This document shows, one piece after another, positions 62,410 to 64,000 of a stretch of 64,000 nucleotides of DNA. This DNA comes from the human T2T-CHM13v2.0 reference genome, Homo sapiens. Made by a program: the position numbers and the translations under genes. Location: NCBI RefSeq assembly GCF_009914755.1, contig NC_060941.1, one strand, 5' to 3'. Below the pieces are notes generated by a model. The model ran no database searches. It was not told the origin of the DNA and saw nothing but the letters and a program-made list of their open reading frames with translations. Within the stretch, counting starts at the first letter, position 1. Each line of letters opens with the position of its first letter.

Positions 62410-62520
62410 AATATGGTGATAATTGAACAGTTGTATAAATGAAGTAATTGAATTGTACACATACAATGGGTGAATTTTATGGCATGTCAAAGTATACCTC
62501 AATAAAGCTATTTTTTTAAA
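62410..62520 (+). mobile_element. L1ME-type 3' end in PIGL intron 1
   Basis: gaattgtacac...ggtgaattttatggcatgt...tatacctcaataaagct. Confidence 0.7.
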
Positions 62521-62987
62521 TTGCCCATGACCTCTTTTCCCATTTGTTTGTGTGTCTTTCCAATTCTTTTTCTATACAGCTTCTTCACAGAAATCACATT
62601 TTATAAAATTTTATATCGTTTTTACTCGACATTACTTTTTCATTTATTTACCAAATACTTATTAAACATTTATGTGCTAGGCCTTATTCTATGCCCTAGG
62701 GATACAAAAGTGGAAAGCTAGATAAGAGCAGTGTCCTCATGAAACTTTAAACATCTACCTATATTAATTAGATCTAAATGTATAGCCTGTTAAATGGCTT
62801 CATCGGGATAAACCTTAATCATCCCTTATTGTTTGTACATTCAGAGGGTTTTTTCCTAGTTTATTGCAAAGAGCAGAGAACATCTTTATGTATTTTATAT
62901 TATTTCATGAGTATTAATTTTTAAAATTGGCTGTTTTTAGGCTTTGCATTGCAAAACACATTCCCAAAAACAAAATGCCAACTTACT

Positions 62988-64000
<1,013 letters not shown>

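Overview
Human (primate) genomic DNA from the NCOR1/PIGL head-to-head locus, recognised as chr17p11.2-p12 from the protein sequences. Minus strand: the 5' end of NCOR1, with non-coding exon 1 in a CpG island (~59673-59845) and coding exons 2-6 (aa 1-244, all GT-AG, frame intact). The gene continues beyond the left edge. Plus strand: PIGL exon 1 (ATG 61538, N-terminal TM anchor, AHPDDE motif) and the start of intron 1. The rest is intron with ~68 Alus, old L1 fragments, MIR/L2/MER relics, a full-length 7SL pseudogene and microsatellites. Almost all ORFs in the supplied track are Alu or L1 artefacts. I see no new multi-gene system. Best second-look items: (1) an ancient L1MA 3'-transduction nested in another L1MA, with a 9-bp TSD and an orphan MER58 half; (2) two ~45-55 nt hairpin-forming LTR-derived retrocopies with A-tails and degenerate TSDs; (3) a perfect 24-bp inverted-repeat scar inside a decayed L1; (4) a uORF-rich NCOR1 leader with candidate 5'UTR cassette exons and antisense donors inside PIGL. 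Repeat coordinates are by eye (+/- ~10-50 nt) and subfamily names are from memory.
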